DNA of 64,000 nt from Escherichia phage fKMPT1, in sequence record PP620640, one strand, 5' to 3'. Below, one piece after another: positions 1-9,924 of the stretch (positions within the stretch are counted from its first letter, which is position 1; every line of letters begins with the position of its first letter). Both the position numbers and the translations under genes were made by a program. The notes below the pieces were generated by a model that saw only the letters and a list, made by a program, of their open reading frames with translations, made no database searches and was not told the origin of the DNA.

Positions 1-63
1 CTAGAGGAAGCTTTTAAAAATAATATTGGTGCAATTGTAGTTGGTATTTTTAGTGTTATCGGA

Positions 64-363
64 ATGTATACCACGATGCAGGTTTCAAGTGGTAAACAAG
101 AGGTGTCTGTCAAAACAAAGTTACAACAGTTGGATAATTACACAAGTAGTAACTATTCAGCTATTCGTGATTTACAGTCTGACATTAGGCTTATCCAGTT
201 AGGGATGGAGAACCAGAAAGTCCAGTTAGAGAATGTTAAGGGTGAGAACGCAAAACTTACTAAAACCCTTGATAAATTCTCTGACAGCGTGAACAATCTG
301 GCTCAATCAGTATCAGCCCTCCAAGCTATTACTGAAAAGAACACAAAGAATACTGAAAAGTAA
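64..363 (+). CDS. hypothetical coiled-coil protein (C-terminal fragment of a longer gene possible)
   Basis: 99-aa ORF, heptad-like Q/L/K-rich sequence, followed by a hairpin terminator at 371-396. Confidence 0.5.
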   Translation: MYTTMQVSSGKQEVSVKTKLQQLDNYTSSNYSAIRDLQSDIRLIQLGMENQKVQLENVKGENAKLTKTLDKFSDSVNNLAQSVSALQAITEKNTKNTEK

Positions 364-370
364 AGTTTAA

Positions 371-396
371 GGCTCCTTTTTACGGGAGCCTTTTTG
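371..396 (+). terminator. rho-independent terminator, bidirectional
   Basis: ggctcc-loop-ggagcc hairpin followed by TTTTT; sits between convergent genes. Confidence 0.6.
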
Positions 397-399
397 TTT

Positions 400-1299
400 T
401 TACTTACCTACTGACAGAGGTGCTTCAATCTTACCTGCATGTTGGTAGTTATTAATCCCACCAATAAAGTCACTTGCAGTAAGATGTTTCAGGTCACTTA
501 AAGTATTAAGTGGTAGACCAATCTCAAAAGTTGGTGCATGGAACTCTTCATTGTTCATCAGTTCATAAACCTGCTTCATATGGTTCTGATAAATTTGAGT
601 ATCTCCAAAGACACCTATCAAGTACCGTGGAGTGTATCCGGTCATCTTGCAAAGAACTTCCAGAATAAAACCATAAGAGGCAATATTAAATGGAAGTCCT
701 AAGAAGGTGTCTACTGAACGCTGATACCATTGTAAGTCAACTTCACCCTCGTTAGTGATATAAATCTGAAACAGTACATGACAAGGTGCTAAAGCCATTG
801 AGTTCGCTGCAATATCTGCTGCATTCCAAGCATTAACAAGCATGTAACGGTCTGTGATATCACCCTTCATCTTCGTTACTAAGGTCTCTAGCTGGTCTAC
901 AACACAACCGTTATGACCTTCGAAGTTTCTCCACTGAACCCCATAGATTCTCCCACCTGCATCCTCTAACCAATCTTGTTCAGAAGAATAATTAGAGCTT
1001 AACCAGCGTTTAAAATCATCTGACCAGATAGTCCAGCGTTCTCCGTCATTTTCACCCCAAGTACGGTAACGAAGTTCACCAAGCTTATTCTCACCATTCA
1101 GGAACCATAAAGCTTCCCCAATAACTTGCCGTGTAAACACCTGTTTAGATGTTAATAGCGGGAAACCAGTTCGCATATCAAAACGAAACTGAGGTGGAGC
1201 AAATGCAGAGATAACATCTCCAGTTCGTGTAGTACGCAGTTCACCAACGGATAAAACATGGTTCAGGATATTTTTGTAACTTGTATCTGCTTGTGACAT
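400..1299 (-). CDS. thyA: thymidylate synthase
   Basis: 299 aa; active-site motif ALAPCH and overall ThyA-like sequence. Confidence 0.9.
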   Translation of the reverse strand: MSQADTSYKNILNHVLSVGELRTTRTGDVISAFAPPQFRFDMRTGFPLLTSKQVFTRQVIGEALWFLNGENKLGELRYRTWGENDGERWTIWSDDFKRWLSSNYSSEQDWLEDAGGRIYGVQWRNFEGHNGCVVDQLETLVTKMKGDITDRYMLVNAWNAADIAANSMALAPCHVLFQIYITNEGEVDLQWYQRSVDTFLGLPFNIASYGFILEVLCKMTGYTPRYLIGVFGDTQIYQNHMKQVYELMNNEEFHAPTFEIGLPLNTLSDLKHLTASDFIGGINNYQHAGKIEAPLSVGK

Positions 1300-1300
1300 A

Positions 1301-1846
1301 TCAAAAGTGTCCTTTTACTTGTGGAACATAAATTTCAAAGGTTGCTTTACCATCCTCTGATGGTTTTGACTGTACCTTTGTAAATACACGGTTATCATAC
1401 AGCTTCTCGAAGAAGTTTTCAAAAGGTAAATGCACAGTGGTCTCTTCAGTAACTTTATGGAAAACTGTATGGAAAACTACACCAGCATACGGTAAAGCAT
1501 TGACAAGGACACCTGCACCACCAATTACAAAGACATCTTCATCAATAGAGCTATCAAGATAGTTCAAGAATGCTCCAAAGGATTCTTTGCTGGCCTTAGC
1601 ATACATTACATCATCTTTGCCAAAATCTATGCCTAAATATGGTACAGAATTTGTTAAGATTAGGTTTGCACGTTCTGGTAAAGGTTTACTCCCCAGAGTC
1701 TTGAAAGTTTCATTACCCATCACTACTAAGTTGTTTTTAGTGAGTCTCTTAAACTCTTGCATGTCCTGTTTATGTCGAGGCCACGGCATACCAGTTGGAG
1801 TACCAAACTCACCATTTTCACCACTTGCAAAGATTAATTTAATCAT
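1301..1846 (-). CDS. folA: dihydrofolate reductase
   Basis: 181 aa; MPWP motif, VVMGNETF...PLPER pattern; immediately upstream of thyA as in T4 frd-td. Confidence 0.85.
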   Translation of the reverse strand: MIKLIFASGENGEFGTPTGMPWPRHKQDMQEFKRLTKNNLVVMGNETFKTLGSKPLPERANLILTNSVPYLGIDFGKDDVMYAKASKESFGAFLNYLDSSIDEDVFVIGGAGVLVNALPYAGVVFHTVFHKVTEETTVHLPFENFFEKLYDNRVFTKVQSKPSEDGKATFEIYVPQVKGHF

Positions 1847-2103
1847 TTTGTAAATCCTTTCTTAATGAACCAGTTGACAACATTCTTCACAGCTTTATTG
1901 CTATGATAGATTAAGTGTGGTGTAGGTTGGTATGAACCATAGGCCCAGAAAGCAATAATTTCACTACACCCTGTACACCTTGTACTCTCTTCAGCAATAT
2001 GACCGTTGACTATTTCACTCACCTCACCTTGTAAGTCTGTACATCCACAATGTGGGCAACGGATAGGTGCTCCGTCAGACTCATAGCAGTGTTCAATTTT
2101 CAT
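1843..2103 (-). CDS. small zinc-ribbon protein
   Basis: 86 aa with CPHCGC...CTGC cysteine pairs. Confidence 0.5.
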   Translation of the reverse strand: MKIEHCYESDGAPIRCPHCGCTDLQGEVSEIVNGHIAEESTRCTGCSEIIAFWAYGSYQPTPHLIYHSNKAVKNVVNWFIKKGFTK

Positions 2104-2619
2104 TTATTTAACCTCAAAAACTGGTTCAAGAACCAATATAAAGTCTACACAGTCATCTTCTTCATCCAGAATACCATCAAAGTTCTTAGGAACGAAGTCG
2201 AAGAGACTCATCACAAAGCAGTCAGAAGTAACCCTGATAGTTCCTCCGATGTTCTCTACAGTTAACACTGTACGACTTTCTTTTACCTCTCGCAAAAGAT
2301 TACTCACAAAGTCATCTAAGAAGTACTTCATCAGTGATTTAAAGCCTTTAGGGTAATCTGTACCAGAGTATGTTTCAATCTGAGGTACAAGCTTAACATT
2401 TATACTAGTCTTTGTTAAGAATGTGTTAGAGAACATACTATCAGGTAACTTACAAACAATCTTTCCAGTACCTTCATGTTCAATCTCAACAAAACCAGCT
2501 TCATCGCCACATGTAACTATTTTAAAAGATGCTTCATTCTCACACTGTGAAGCCATAAACTTTTTAAGCATAATTTTAAGGAAATCTGCATGAGCATCTT
2601 GTAAGTAGACATCAATCAT
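2104..2619 (-). CDS. hypothetical protein
   Basis: 171-aa ORF, tight packing in operon. Confidence 0.5.
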   Translation of the reverse strand: MIDVYLQDAHADFLKIMLKKFMASQCENEASFKIVTCGDEAGFVEIEHEGTGKIVCKLPDSMFSNTFLTKTSINVKLVPQIETYSGTDYPKGFKSLMKYFLDDFVSNLLREVKESRTVLTVENIGGTIRVTSDCFVMSLFDFVPKNFDGILDEEDDCVDFILVLEPVFEVK

Positions 2620-2632
2620 AGTTAATCACCTA

Positions 2633-2992
2633 TTATGGGAACAGACACTTAATGTCATCATTTTTGAAAACGAAGCTTGTGTAATTGTGACCATCAACAT
2701 CCAGCCAAACAGCCTGAACATCTACACCATCAAGATTGTGGTAAATCTCTTTGATGAAGTGGTCTTTTACAATCTGGCTACTAGTTGTTTCCAGCTTAAT
2801 GTTTGAGATTGCTGAACCTACAGCCATATAACCCATGACACGTTTCTTCTCAGTATGCTTAATCTTACCATCTTTATAAGCCATAATGAGATTGGAAAGA
2901 ATCTTCACACCATAATACTTTTCAAGGTGAGTAGGTACACCATAAAAGCCTAATGCGAAGTTTTCAGAGTGGATAATGTTTTCACGTTTCAT
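2633..2992 (-). CDS. hypothetical protein
   Basis: 119-aa ORF. Confidence 0.5.
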   Translation of the reverse strand: MKRENIIHSENFALGFYGVPTHLEKYYGVKILSNLIMAYKDGKIKHTEKKRVMGYMAVGSAISNIKLETTSSQIVKDHFIKEIYHNLDGVDVQAVWLDVDGHNYTSFVFKNDDIKCLFP

Positions 2993-2993
2993 A

Positions 2994-3323
2994 TTAATCT
3001 GCCAGCCTTAAATTAAAATTAACACCAAATTTTTCGCATACTTCCAACATATACTCAAGCGAGACATTACCAGTGAGGTGGATTATGTTGGATACGCGAG
3101 CCTGAGAGATACCACAAATTTTAGCAACTTGCTCTTGAGAAAGACCTCTGGATTTAATCTCTCTCTTAAAACGATGTGCAACGAAGTCTCTCATTTCGTC
3201 TACATCCATTGGACAAATATAACTCTCCATTTCAGCCTCTCTGTCAACCTCCCAATCATCTTGTGGAGCATAAGGGTCAAAAGTCTCATTCATCTTTCTT
3301 CTTCCGTTTGCGTGAAGTGTCAA
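2994..3323 (-). CDS. helix-turn-helix (XRE-like) DNA-binding protein
   Basis: SQEQVAKICGISQARVSNI HTH-like segment. Confidence 0.55.
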   Translation of the reverse strand: MTLHANGRRKMNETFDPYAPQDDWEVDREAEMESYICPMDVDEMRDFVAHRFKREIKSRGLSQEQVAKICGISQARVSNIIHLTGNVSLEYMLEVCEKFGVNFNLRLAD

Positions 3324-3498
3324 TCAATGAATCTATGTTTGTAGCCCTAACCTTTTCACGTTCATCGTTAAGATAATCATCAAGAGCCTTTTCAATCTGT
3401 GAATCATCTTGACAGATAACTGTAAAGACTGTAAAGCCGTCTGTATCGTCAATTATCTTACCATAACCGCTTCTGGGGTGTAACTTTTTAAGAGCCAT
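3286..3498 (-). CDS. hypothetical protein
   Basis: 70-aa ORF with basic C-terminus; overlaps neighbour by 38 nt. Confidence 0.35.
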   Translation of the reverse strand: MALKKLHPRSGYGKIIDDTDGFTVFTVICQDDSQIEKALDDYLNDEREKVRATNIDSLIDTSRKRKKKDE

Positions 3499-3499
3499 A

Positions 3500-3883
3500 T
3501 CAAATACCTGTGCAGCTTCTGTTTTCTAAGAAATACTCAACACCATACATAGCTTTTTGCATCAAATCTTCTTTAAACTGGATGCGATGGTTGAGCATAG
3601 CCTGTACATCAATATCATCATGGTGCTTTTCTTTAATATTTGCAGATTGCAGGAAATACTCTCCAAGAACACGATACTGGTAGTCAGTTACCTTATCAGT
3701 CATCTCTGTCAAAGACTCTTCAGAGATTGGTTTAAGTAGCTCACCTTTAGATAGCGCAACACCTTTTACAATCTGGCAAGTGTCTTCTGGAACACCTGAT
3801 AAGTCCACATTTGGAAGTTCTGTTGCATTGACTGGTAAATTCATTGCCATAACCATTGCAGCAGCTAATAAAATCTTTTTCAT
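3500..3883 (-). CDS. secreted/periplasmic small protein
   Basis: N-terminal signal peptide MKKILLAAAMVMAMNLPVNA. Confidence 0.55.
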   Translation of the reverse strand: MKKILLAAAMVMAMNLPVNATELPNVDLSGVPEDTCQIVKGVALSKGELLKPISEESLTEMTDKVTDYQYRVLGEYFLQSANIKEKHHDDIDVQAMLNHRIQFKEDLMQKAMYGVEYFLENRSCTGI

Positions 3884-4468
3884 AATGACCTCAAAGTTAT
3901 ATTAAATTTTGTATTACATTGAGTATAAAAATAAGCTATAACACCTGACTTGTCAACAGATTTTATAGCTTATTTGGCAGATTTTTTATAAGGCTACTGC
4001 CATCCTTCCATACCACACCAAACCACACCTTACCTCACACCACCACACCCAACCGAGCCTGACCTTATTAAAAGACCCTCTTAAAGACCTTTTAAAAAGG
4101 TAAGTCTCATTTTAATGTAGTTGAGACTAACTACCCATACTTTACCGGACCTTACTGGACCATACCTAACACCACCGAACCAAACCATACACCACCGAAC
4201 CGTACCATACCAGACATCACTTAAAAACCCTCTTAGAAAGACTCTTAAGTGATGCTGGTGAGTACCCGTTGGTTTATGCTGCTCAGTATACTCACCAAAT
4301 TTTCTATGTCAACAACTTTTATAAAAAAGTTCTGATAGCTATATGCGTCACGAAACAAAAGATTGTAAACAAGACACCCATTGCAAAAGATGTGTCCAAA
4401 AGCTTACTTGCAACGTATGACAATACAAAGACAACCAGTATAAACAAAATGACTGTACTGAACATAGT

Positions 4469-5569
4469 TTACTCATAATCCCTAATAACTAGCCCAACAG
4501 GAAACTGTAAAGACCCCTTACGAGTCATCTTCTGGAACTGAACCGTTAAAGGTTTCCCGATAAACTCTTCAGGATGCTCAGCAAGATACTGTTTCTTCTC
4601 ATGAGTAGTCTTCCATGAGACATCTACAAAGACGTTAGGAAGCGTCTCTACAACGAACTTGCCATGACCACGTTTATCGGTCTTTACACCAGTTACTTTA
4701 AACTCTTCAGTGTGCATCTTCTTGTGCTTAATCAAGAAGTATGAACGGTGACAACACTCATAGAAGGAGTCTTCAGAAATTGAACGGTACATTGCACCTT
4801 CAAACTTAGCTTCAACCCACTTATCATGGGCTTCATCAAACTCTTCCCAAGAGTTAACACGACGAGATTTAACAGGGACAACTTTACAGCCATCTCTAAA
4901 GTCATTCAATGGTGAAGTCTCAATAATATCTCTACGCTCAGGCCACGTCTTAGTACTGTCACAGATATCATACCAGTAGAACTGGAGTAGATGTCGGTCT
5001 GGATTGTCAGCATTCTTAATCATAGACACAATGTCTTCTAAGTCCCAACCATGAGCATAAATCTCGCCATCAAAGTCTTTAACTTGCGGATGTAATTTAA
5101 GCAACAAAAGTAAATCTGGGATTAGTTCTGCTGGAACGTTGTAAACAGTATTCTCACGAGAATAAGCCGTGAAGCTAACTGAATCAGCATCTCTTGAAAT
5201 TCTACAACGAACACCATCAAGTTTTGGTTGAGCATCAGCAGGGAATATCAAATACTTTGCATGACTAACCTTTGCAGCATCATGCGCAAGCTGTACACCT
5301 ACCTTCTCAGTATTCTGTGCAGACTCTTTTGTGTAAGCATAACCTTTGCGGTCAACCTGCTTTTTATACTTAGCAGCAACTTCAAAGAGAGCTTGCTGTT
5401 CAGCGTTACGCTCATTCTTTTTACCGATGTTTTTAGGTTCTGCTGTATACTCTTCAAACATCATCTTGCCATTCTCTTTACCGTAGGTTGTAATAACTTT
5501 GTCGCCTACAGCAACACATGACCAGACGTTGAAGGAGCCATCTTTATTTTGTTTGTATAGAATTGTCAT
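4469..5569 (-). CDS. ATP-dependent DNA ligase
   Basis: 366 aa; adenylation motif I KLDGVR. Confidence 0.8.
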   Translation of the reverse strand: MTILYKQNKDGSFNVWSCVAVGDKVITTYGKENGKMMFEEYTAEPKNIGKKNERNAEQQALFEVAAKYKKQVDRKGYAYTKESAQNTEKVGVQLAHDAAKVSHAKYLIFPADAQPKLDGVRCRISRDADSVSFTAYSRENTVYNVPAELIPDLLLLLKLHPQVKDFDGEIYAHGWDLEDIVSMIKNADNPDRHLLQFYWYDICDSTKTWPERRDIIETSPLNDFRDGCKVVPVKSRRVNSWEEFDEAHDKWVEAKFEGAMYRSISEDSFYECCHRSYFLIKHKKMHTEEFKVTGVKTDKRGHGKFVVETLPNVFVDVSWKTTHEKKQYLAEHPEEFIGKPLTVQFQKMTRKGSLQFPVGLVIRDYE

Positions 5570-5772
5570 TTTCTCTTACCACCAATTTCTACGTCAATAA
5601 CTTGAATATCACCAGCATCATCAAACTTGTGAATGATGCTTTTCACAGTGTAAGTCCAACCCTCGATGCGAACCAATTCACCTTCTCGTGGAACTATTGG
5701 GTTACGTTGAGCTACCGTTGTAGTGGAGTGAACAACATCATAACAATAGATATAGTTTACTAGGACTTCCAT
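5566..5772 (-). CDS. hypothetical protein
   Basis: 68-aa ORF. Confidence 0.45.
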   Translation of the reverse strand: MEVLVNYIYCYDVVHSTTTVAQRNPIVPREGELVRIEGWTYTVKSIIHKFDDAGDIQVIDVEIGGKRK

Positions 5773-5781
5773 GCCTTTTCC

Positions 5782-6015
5782 TTAAAATGATAAGTCAATA
5801 TTGATACGTTCACCCTTAAGGACTCCTGTACGGTCCCTTGCAATCTTACCGTCAACAATAAGGATATGCGCAGACCTTAAAGATTCACTATTAAAACCTT
5901 TTACGAACTTACTAGGCATAACTACAATAAGCATCTCTTGAATCAACTCTGGAGTGTAGCAGTTGTCGTGAAGTTGCTGAATAACGTCTGCAAGTGTCAT
6001 TTTTGATGTCTCCAA
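5782..6015 (-). CDS. small protein, paralog of 6203-6421
   Basis: 77 aa; shares MTL..E..QL...Y...I..M.IV......K.N.E.LR...I.I..GKIA.D.TG.LKGER.NI with 6203-6421. Confidence 0.5.
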   Translation of the reverse strand: METSKMTLADVIQQLHDNCYTPELIQEMLIVVMPSKFVKGFNSESLRSAHILIVDGKIARDRTGVLKGERINIDLSF

Positions 6016-6206
6016 TACTCAATGTCAATAAGTTCTTGTGCAATGCTTTTCAGATTACCTTTCAAGAAAACCTTCTCAGAATCTGAAAGAGATGAATTGT
6101 CAATTAACCTGTTCATTCTCTCAAACAACTTCTGCTTACGATTCTTGATAGTTTCCTTTGAAGCACCTTTCATCATCGCTGCATGGGTTCTTCCACGGTG
6201 GCTCAT
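5997..6206 (-). CDS. hypothetical basic protein
   Basis: 69-aa ORF between the two paralogs. Confidence 0.45.
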   Translation of the reverse strand: MSHRGRTHAAMMKGASKETIKNRKQKLFERMNRLIDNSSLSDSEKVFLKGNLKSIAQELIDIEYWRHQK

Positions 6207-6421
6207 AGTAAAGTCTCAATGTTTACACGCTCACCTTTTAAGTAGCCTGTCTTGTCTTTTGCGATTTTGCCTCCAGCAATAAAGATATCAACTCTACGTA
6301 GAACTTCAGGGTTTACCTTCAAATTCCTACAGCTACTGCAAAGAACAATAAACATCCCTTCAATCTCTTTTTGAGAGTAACCTGCACATTGCAACTGAAC
6401 TTCAATCTCTGAAAGCGTCAT
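6203..6421 (-). CDS. small protein, paralog of 5782-6015
   Basis: 72 aa; see paralog. Confidence 0.5.
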   Translation of the reverse strand: MTLSEIEVQLQCAGYSQKEIEGMFIVLCSSCRNLKVNPEVLRRVDIFIAGGKIAKDKTGYLKGERVNIETLL

Positions 6422-6472
6422 GTGACCTCCTATATAAGATATTGTATATGGTACTCTTCCATGAGCACCTTG

Positions 6473-6976
6473 TCAAGATAGTTTTGCAAACTCTCCGTGG
6501 AGTTTTATAGCAGCTTCACAGTAAGCTTTATGGGCTTCTTCAGGTGTATCAAATAGACCAAGTGATGACCTTTTACCTCTGCATGTTATAGTCGCCCTCC
6601 ACTTATTGCAGTCTTTAAAGTAATGAACACCCTTGTAACCTGATTTGTTAGTCGTCTGCTTTACCCTGTTTTGAGCGTTTCCATATTTATCGGTCTCCCT
6701 AAGATTAGAAATGTGATTATTACTCCTGTTGCCATCAATGTGGTCTATCATCTTAGTAGGTTTGTAACCATGCTCAAACCACCAAACAAGGTGATGCACT
6801 TTTATTACAACATCTTTGAATTTAAGCACTTTGTAACCATAAGCATCACTTCCTCCGGCAACCTGACCAGCTTTAGCTTGTCTATTCCTATCATACCTGT
6901 TGTAGAAGACCCCTTTATCGGGGTCGTAAATAAAGTTGTCCTTGTAATCTTGAAGTGTTAGTGAACGGCGTACCAT
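6473..6976 (-). CDS. HNH homing endonuclease with AP2-like DNA-binding domain
   Basis: HLVWWFEHGY...DHIDGNRSNNHISNLRE HNH motif plus GYKGVHYFKDCNKWRA AP2-like segment; overlaps 3' end of the polymerase gene. Confidence 0.8.
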   Translation of the reverse strand: MVRRSLTLQDYKDNFIYDPDKGVFYNRYDRNRQAKAGQVAGGSDAYGYKVLKFKDVVIKVHHLVWWFEHGYKPTKMIDHIDGNRSNNHISNLRETDKYGNAQNRVKQTTNKSGYKGVHYFKDCNKWRATITCRGKRSSLGLFDTPEEAHKAYCEAAIKLHGEFAKLS

Positions 6977-7509
6977 GTTTTACCTACCTTACCAGTACCC
7001 GTGACAAGTGTCTTACTCTTTAATCCAAGATTTTTTGATGCTTGACCATACATTCTATCAATAATCTCCTTAACATCTGGTACAGCTTTTGTTGGAACCT
7101 CTAAAGAAACTTCGTCGTGGTAACTACAGACCCATCTAGCACCAATAGCTGGTTTCCTACCATTTAGAACTGTAAGTTTTCGCTCTGTTAACTCTCTATT
7201 AGCCAAGTTAATCCCCTCATTCTGTACCTGCGCCTCACTACCCATGAGTGTGAAATTCAATAACTTATGTGGAGATTTACACCATAACCACGCTCCAGCG
7301 ACTTTGATATAACCACCTTTGGCAATTGCAGAAGTTTTTCCAAAAACCTCTTCAAGTGCTTTCTTAGTTGCTTTGAAGTCTTCCTCTAACCTATCAAGCA
7401 GCTTTTTAATCTTAGGTAGACGTACAAAGTAAGTTTGTTTAGTCAATGCACCTTCTTCCGTAGATGATGCCTTGATAGTTTTTGCAAACTTCTCGTCTCC
7501 AGCACCGAA
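6958..7509 (-). CDS. DNA polymerase (family A), exon 2 / C-terminal segment
   Basis: Begins FGAGDEK (motif B continuation, compare T7 YGAGDEK), contains motif C YHDEV; track ORF starts at a TTG so no obvious independent start. Confidence 0.8.
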   Translation of the reverse strand, partial: FGAGDEKFAKTIKASSTEEGALTKQTYFVRLPKIKKLLDRLEEDFKATKKALEEVFGKTSAIAKGGYIKVAGAWLWCKSPHKLLNFTLMGSEAQVQNEGINLANRELTERKLTVLNGRKPAIGARWVCSYHDEVSLEVPTKAVPDVKEIIDRMYGQASKNLGLKSKTLVTGTGKVGKTWYAVH

Positions 7510-7785
7510 CAATACATCTGGTCAATACACTCGCAAGGTGTACCAGTTCTCTTATGAACTTCTCCGCATTTCTACGGAGTGTCGGACTATATCACGTAGC
7601 AGGATGCTACCGTTGCACTTGGGAATGGTCATTAGCTTACCACCCTACTCTACTCAGTTCATACGTTAAGTATGCTTTTCGATAGTCTCTGAACGTTCCT
7701 CTCAAGAGGCTTCGCTGCTGATTACCGTATCTTCTCAGACTTAGGCTTCCAGCAATTCACAACGTTTTACATGCGCCACTGACGC
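7510..7785 (-). ncRNA. putative group I intron interrupting DNA polymerase motif B
   Basis: 276-nt ORF-less insertion between ...KNGIY and FGAGDEK...; upstream exon ends in U, intron ends in G; GUAAA near intron 5' end could pair with exon UUUAU (P1). Confidence 0.45.
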
Positions 7786-9924
7786 ATAAATGCCATTTTT
7801 GGCTTTCTTACGACCTTTTGTAATCTCGTGGAGAAGTTCCTCATCCTGTGTATACCTACAACGAACAATATCTTCTTCCTTGTTCAGACCAAAGTAAATA
7901 CTGTTCAGTGTATGTGCATCAGTACCTGTGTATACTTCATAGAGGTCATTCTCAGCATCATAACGAAGGTACTTGTCAGTTTCTGGATTGAGGTACTTAT
8001 CAAGATGCTTGCAATAGTATCTTCCATCCTCTTGCTTGGTAAATTCTACTGACTCTTTACCTTGTGTTACCGCTTTAGTGAACTCTTCATCACCCATAAA
8101 GTTACAAAGAAGAACTAGCTGTGCTGAGTTTTGGTCTACAGAGATGATATCTGTCCCCTCTTCACAAGTCCACACCTCCCTCATAGGTGCTCCATAGACA
8201 GCAGCACCAGACGGTACGTTTACAATACCATATTGTGTCATACGTCCAGTTGAAGTACCAAATACCATTGCACCAGCACTAAGGCGACCATCAGGACGAA
8301 TCTGGTTCAACCAACCTTTTTCATCATCCTTTGAGTTCTCAATAGTTCTGCGTCGGTGCATCAAAGTATAGTACTTAGCAATCTTCTGTCCAAGCTCACC
8401 TTCAATCGTATCATAAGATGATTCAGTAAGTTTTGGTGAAGTACGGATTAAGCAAGGTTCAAGCAAATCTGTGTATTTCTTCACAGACCAGTTATGTTCA
8501 ATGTACTGGACACCTTCATGTTCAACATAACTCAAACCACACCTTTCAACCATCTCATCCCACTTAGGATGCTTTGTAATCATCTTTTTGTTGTCTTTGA
8601 AACGACAAACTTTGACAGGACGACCATCTGAGTCTTTCTTGTAGTTCCAGTCATCTGGAATCCAACCAACTGATTTCAAATAGTCTTTCACAACTGCTAC
8701 CTGAGTCATACGAGAAACTTCGAACTCAATTGGTGTATATGGTGCATCAATCAAACCTGTGTAGCGACTTGACTCAAGCTCAAAGTGGTTAACAACATGG
8801 CTGTTATAGTACTTCACAGTTTTAACTGTTTTTACTGGCTTCCAATCTTTGCACTTCTTACCAATCTTTGCATTCAACTCATTGCAAATTGCACGAGCAT
8901 CCTTCATTGCTACAAAACCTTCCTTGTACTCTTCACCAGTTACAGAGTTGGTTGGTGTATAGCAATTCCGCTTTTCAATGTTAAAAATCTTTGTAGTTGG
9001 CTTACCAAATGGCTTGATTTCATATGTCTGCATCTCACCGTTACGTACCTGCTGACGATACTTTGTCTTAGGGTACTTGGTAATTCTCTTCAGTCCATCT
9101 GCGTGACCAAATGCTTCAACATACTCATTCCAAGCTTTTGCAAACTCTTCTCCAGTGACTTTAACTTTGGTCTTGATAGTTGGAGGAAGATGTGGTTCAA
9201 CTTCTGAAGCAAGCTCATTAGTCAACTTGTCAAGTTCCTTTACATGGAACTCCATAAGCTCTTTATCAGCTTTCCAACCATTGATAGCTTGTTGACTCAT
9301 CCAGAAAGATGTTTCTTTAGCTCGCATGTAGGTTTCATAAGTATCTACGCCACACTTCTTCAGCTTGAGATATTCATTATCCAGTGCACGTTTAGTTTTG
9401 GCGTTAATACGGATATCTTCTACAACACGAGTGAAGATTTCTGCATTCCACACACCCCAATGTTCAATCTCTGGTTTACGTACACCGACACGAGCACCCC
9501 ATGCAGCCAAGCCATGAGCACCTTTATAGCCTTTTGGAGTTGGTCTATCCATCCATTGAACACGAGATTGGATAAGAGAATCCTGAAAGAAATTACTCCA
9601 CGGCTTACACTTTGGATTATCAAAGTTCCACAAATCAGGTGCAATGTGATTGAAAACCCACCAGTCATACCCCAGACCATTATGGATGCAAAGTCGTTTT
9701 GCCTTTAACGCAAACTCAACACCTTCACGCAAGCCACCCTTAATGTACTTGGTATACTTGTGACCGAGGATAGGCTCATCTGTAAAGACCCATACAGGTG
9801 GCTCTTCATCGTCAGATTTATAGTCTGCGAAAGCCATTACGTGTACTTTAGTGAACTCAAGGAGTAAACCATCAGTTTCTGTATCGCCAACTAAATGTAA
9901 GTTTTTAAAATCTACGTTTTCCAT
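7786..9924 (-). CDS. DNA polymerase (family A) with 3'-5' exonuclease domain, exon 1
   Basis: DTETDG exo motif; motif A VDQNSAQLVLL; start taken at MENVDF with upstream GGAG RBS; frame runs 14 codons into insertion before stop at 7741. Confidence 0.85.

Noticed and set aside
4269-4478. 69-aa plus-strand ORF
   Set aside because: Sits in the G-depleted intergenic region on the strand opposite to flanking genes, with no RBS.
6958-7512. 184-aa ORF as an independent gene
   Set aside because: It begins at a TTG within polymerase motif B and carries motif C; it is the continuation of the polymerase across the 276-nt insertion.
1587-9708. Numerous antisense six-frame ORFs (1587, 2050, 3078, 3176, 3557, 5228, 5563, 6022, 6671, 7472, 7482, 7828, 8785, 9244, 9420)
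   Set aside because: Each lies entirely inside a longer, functionally recognisable or better-supported gene on the opposite strand and lacks an RBS.
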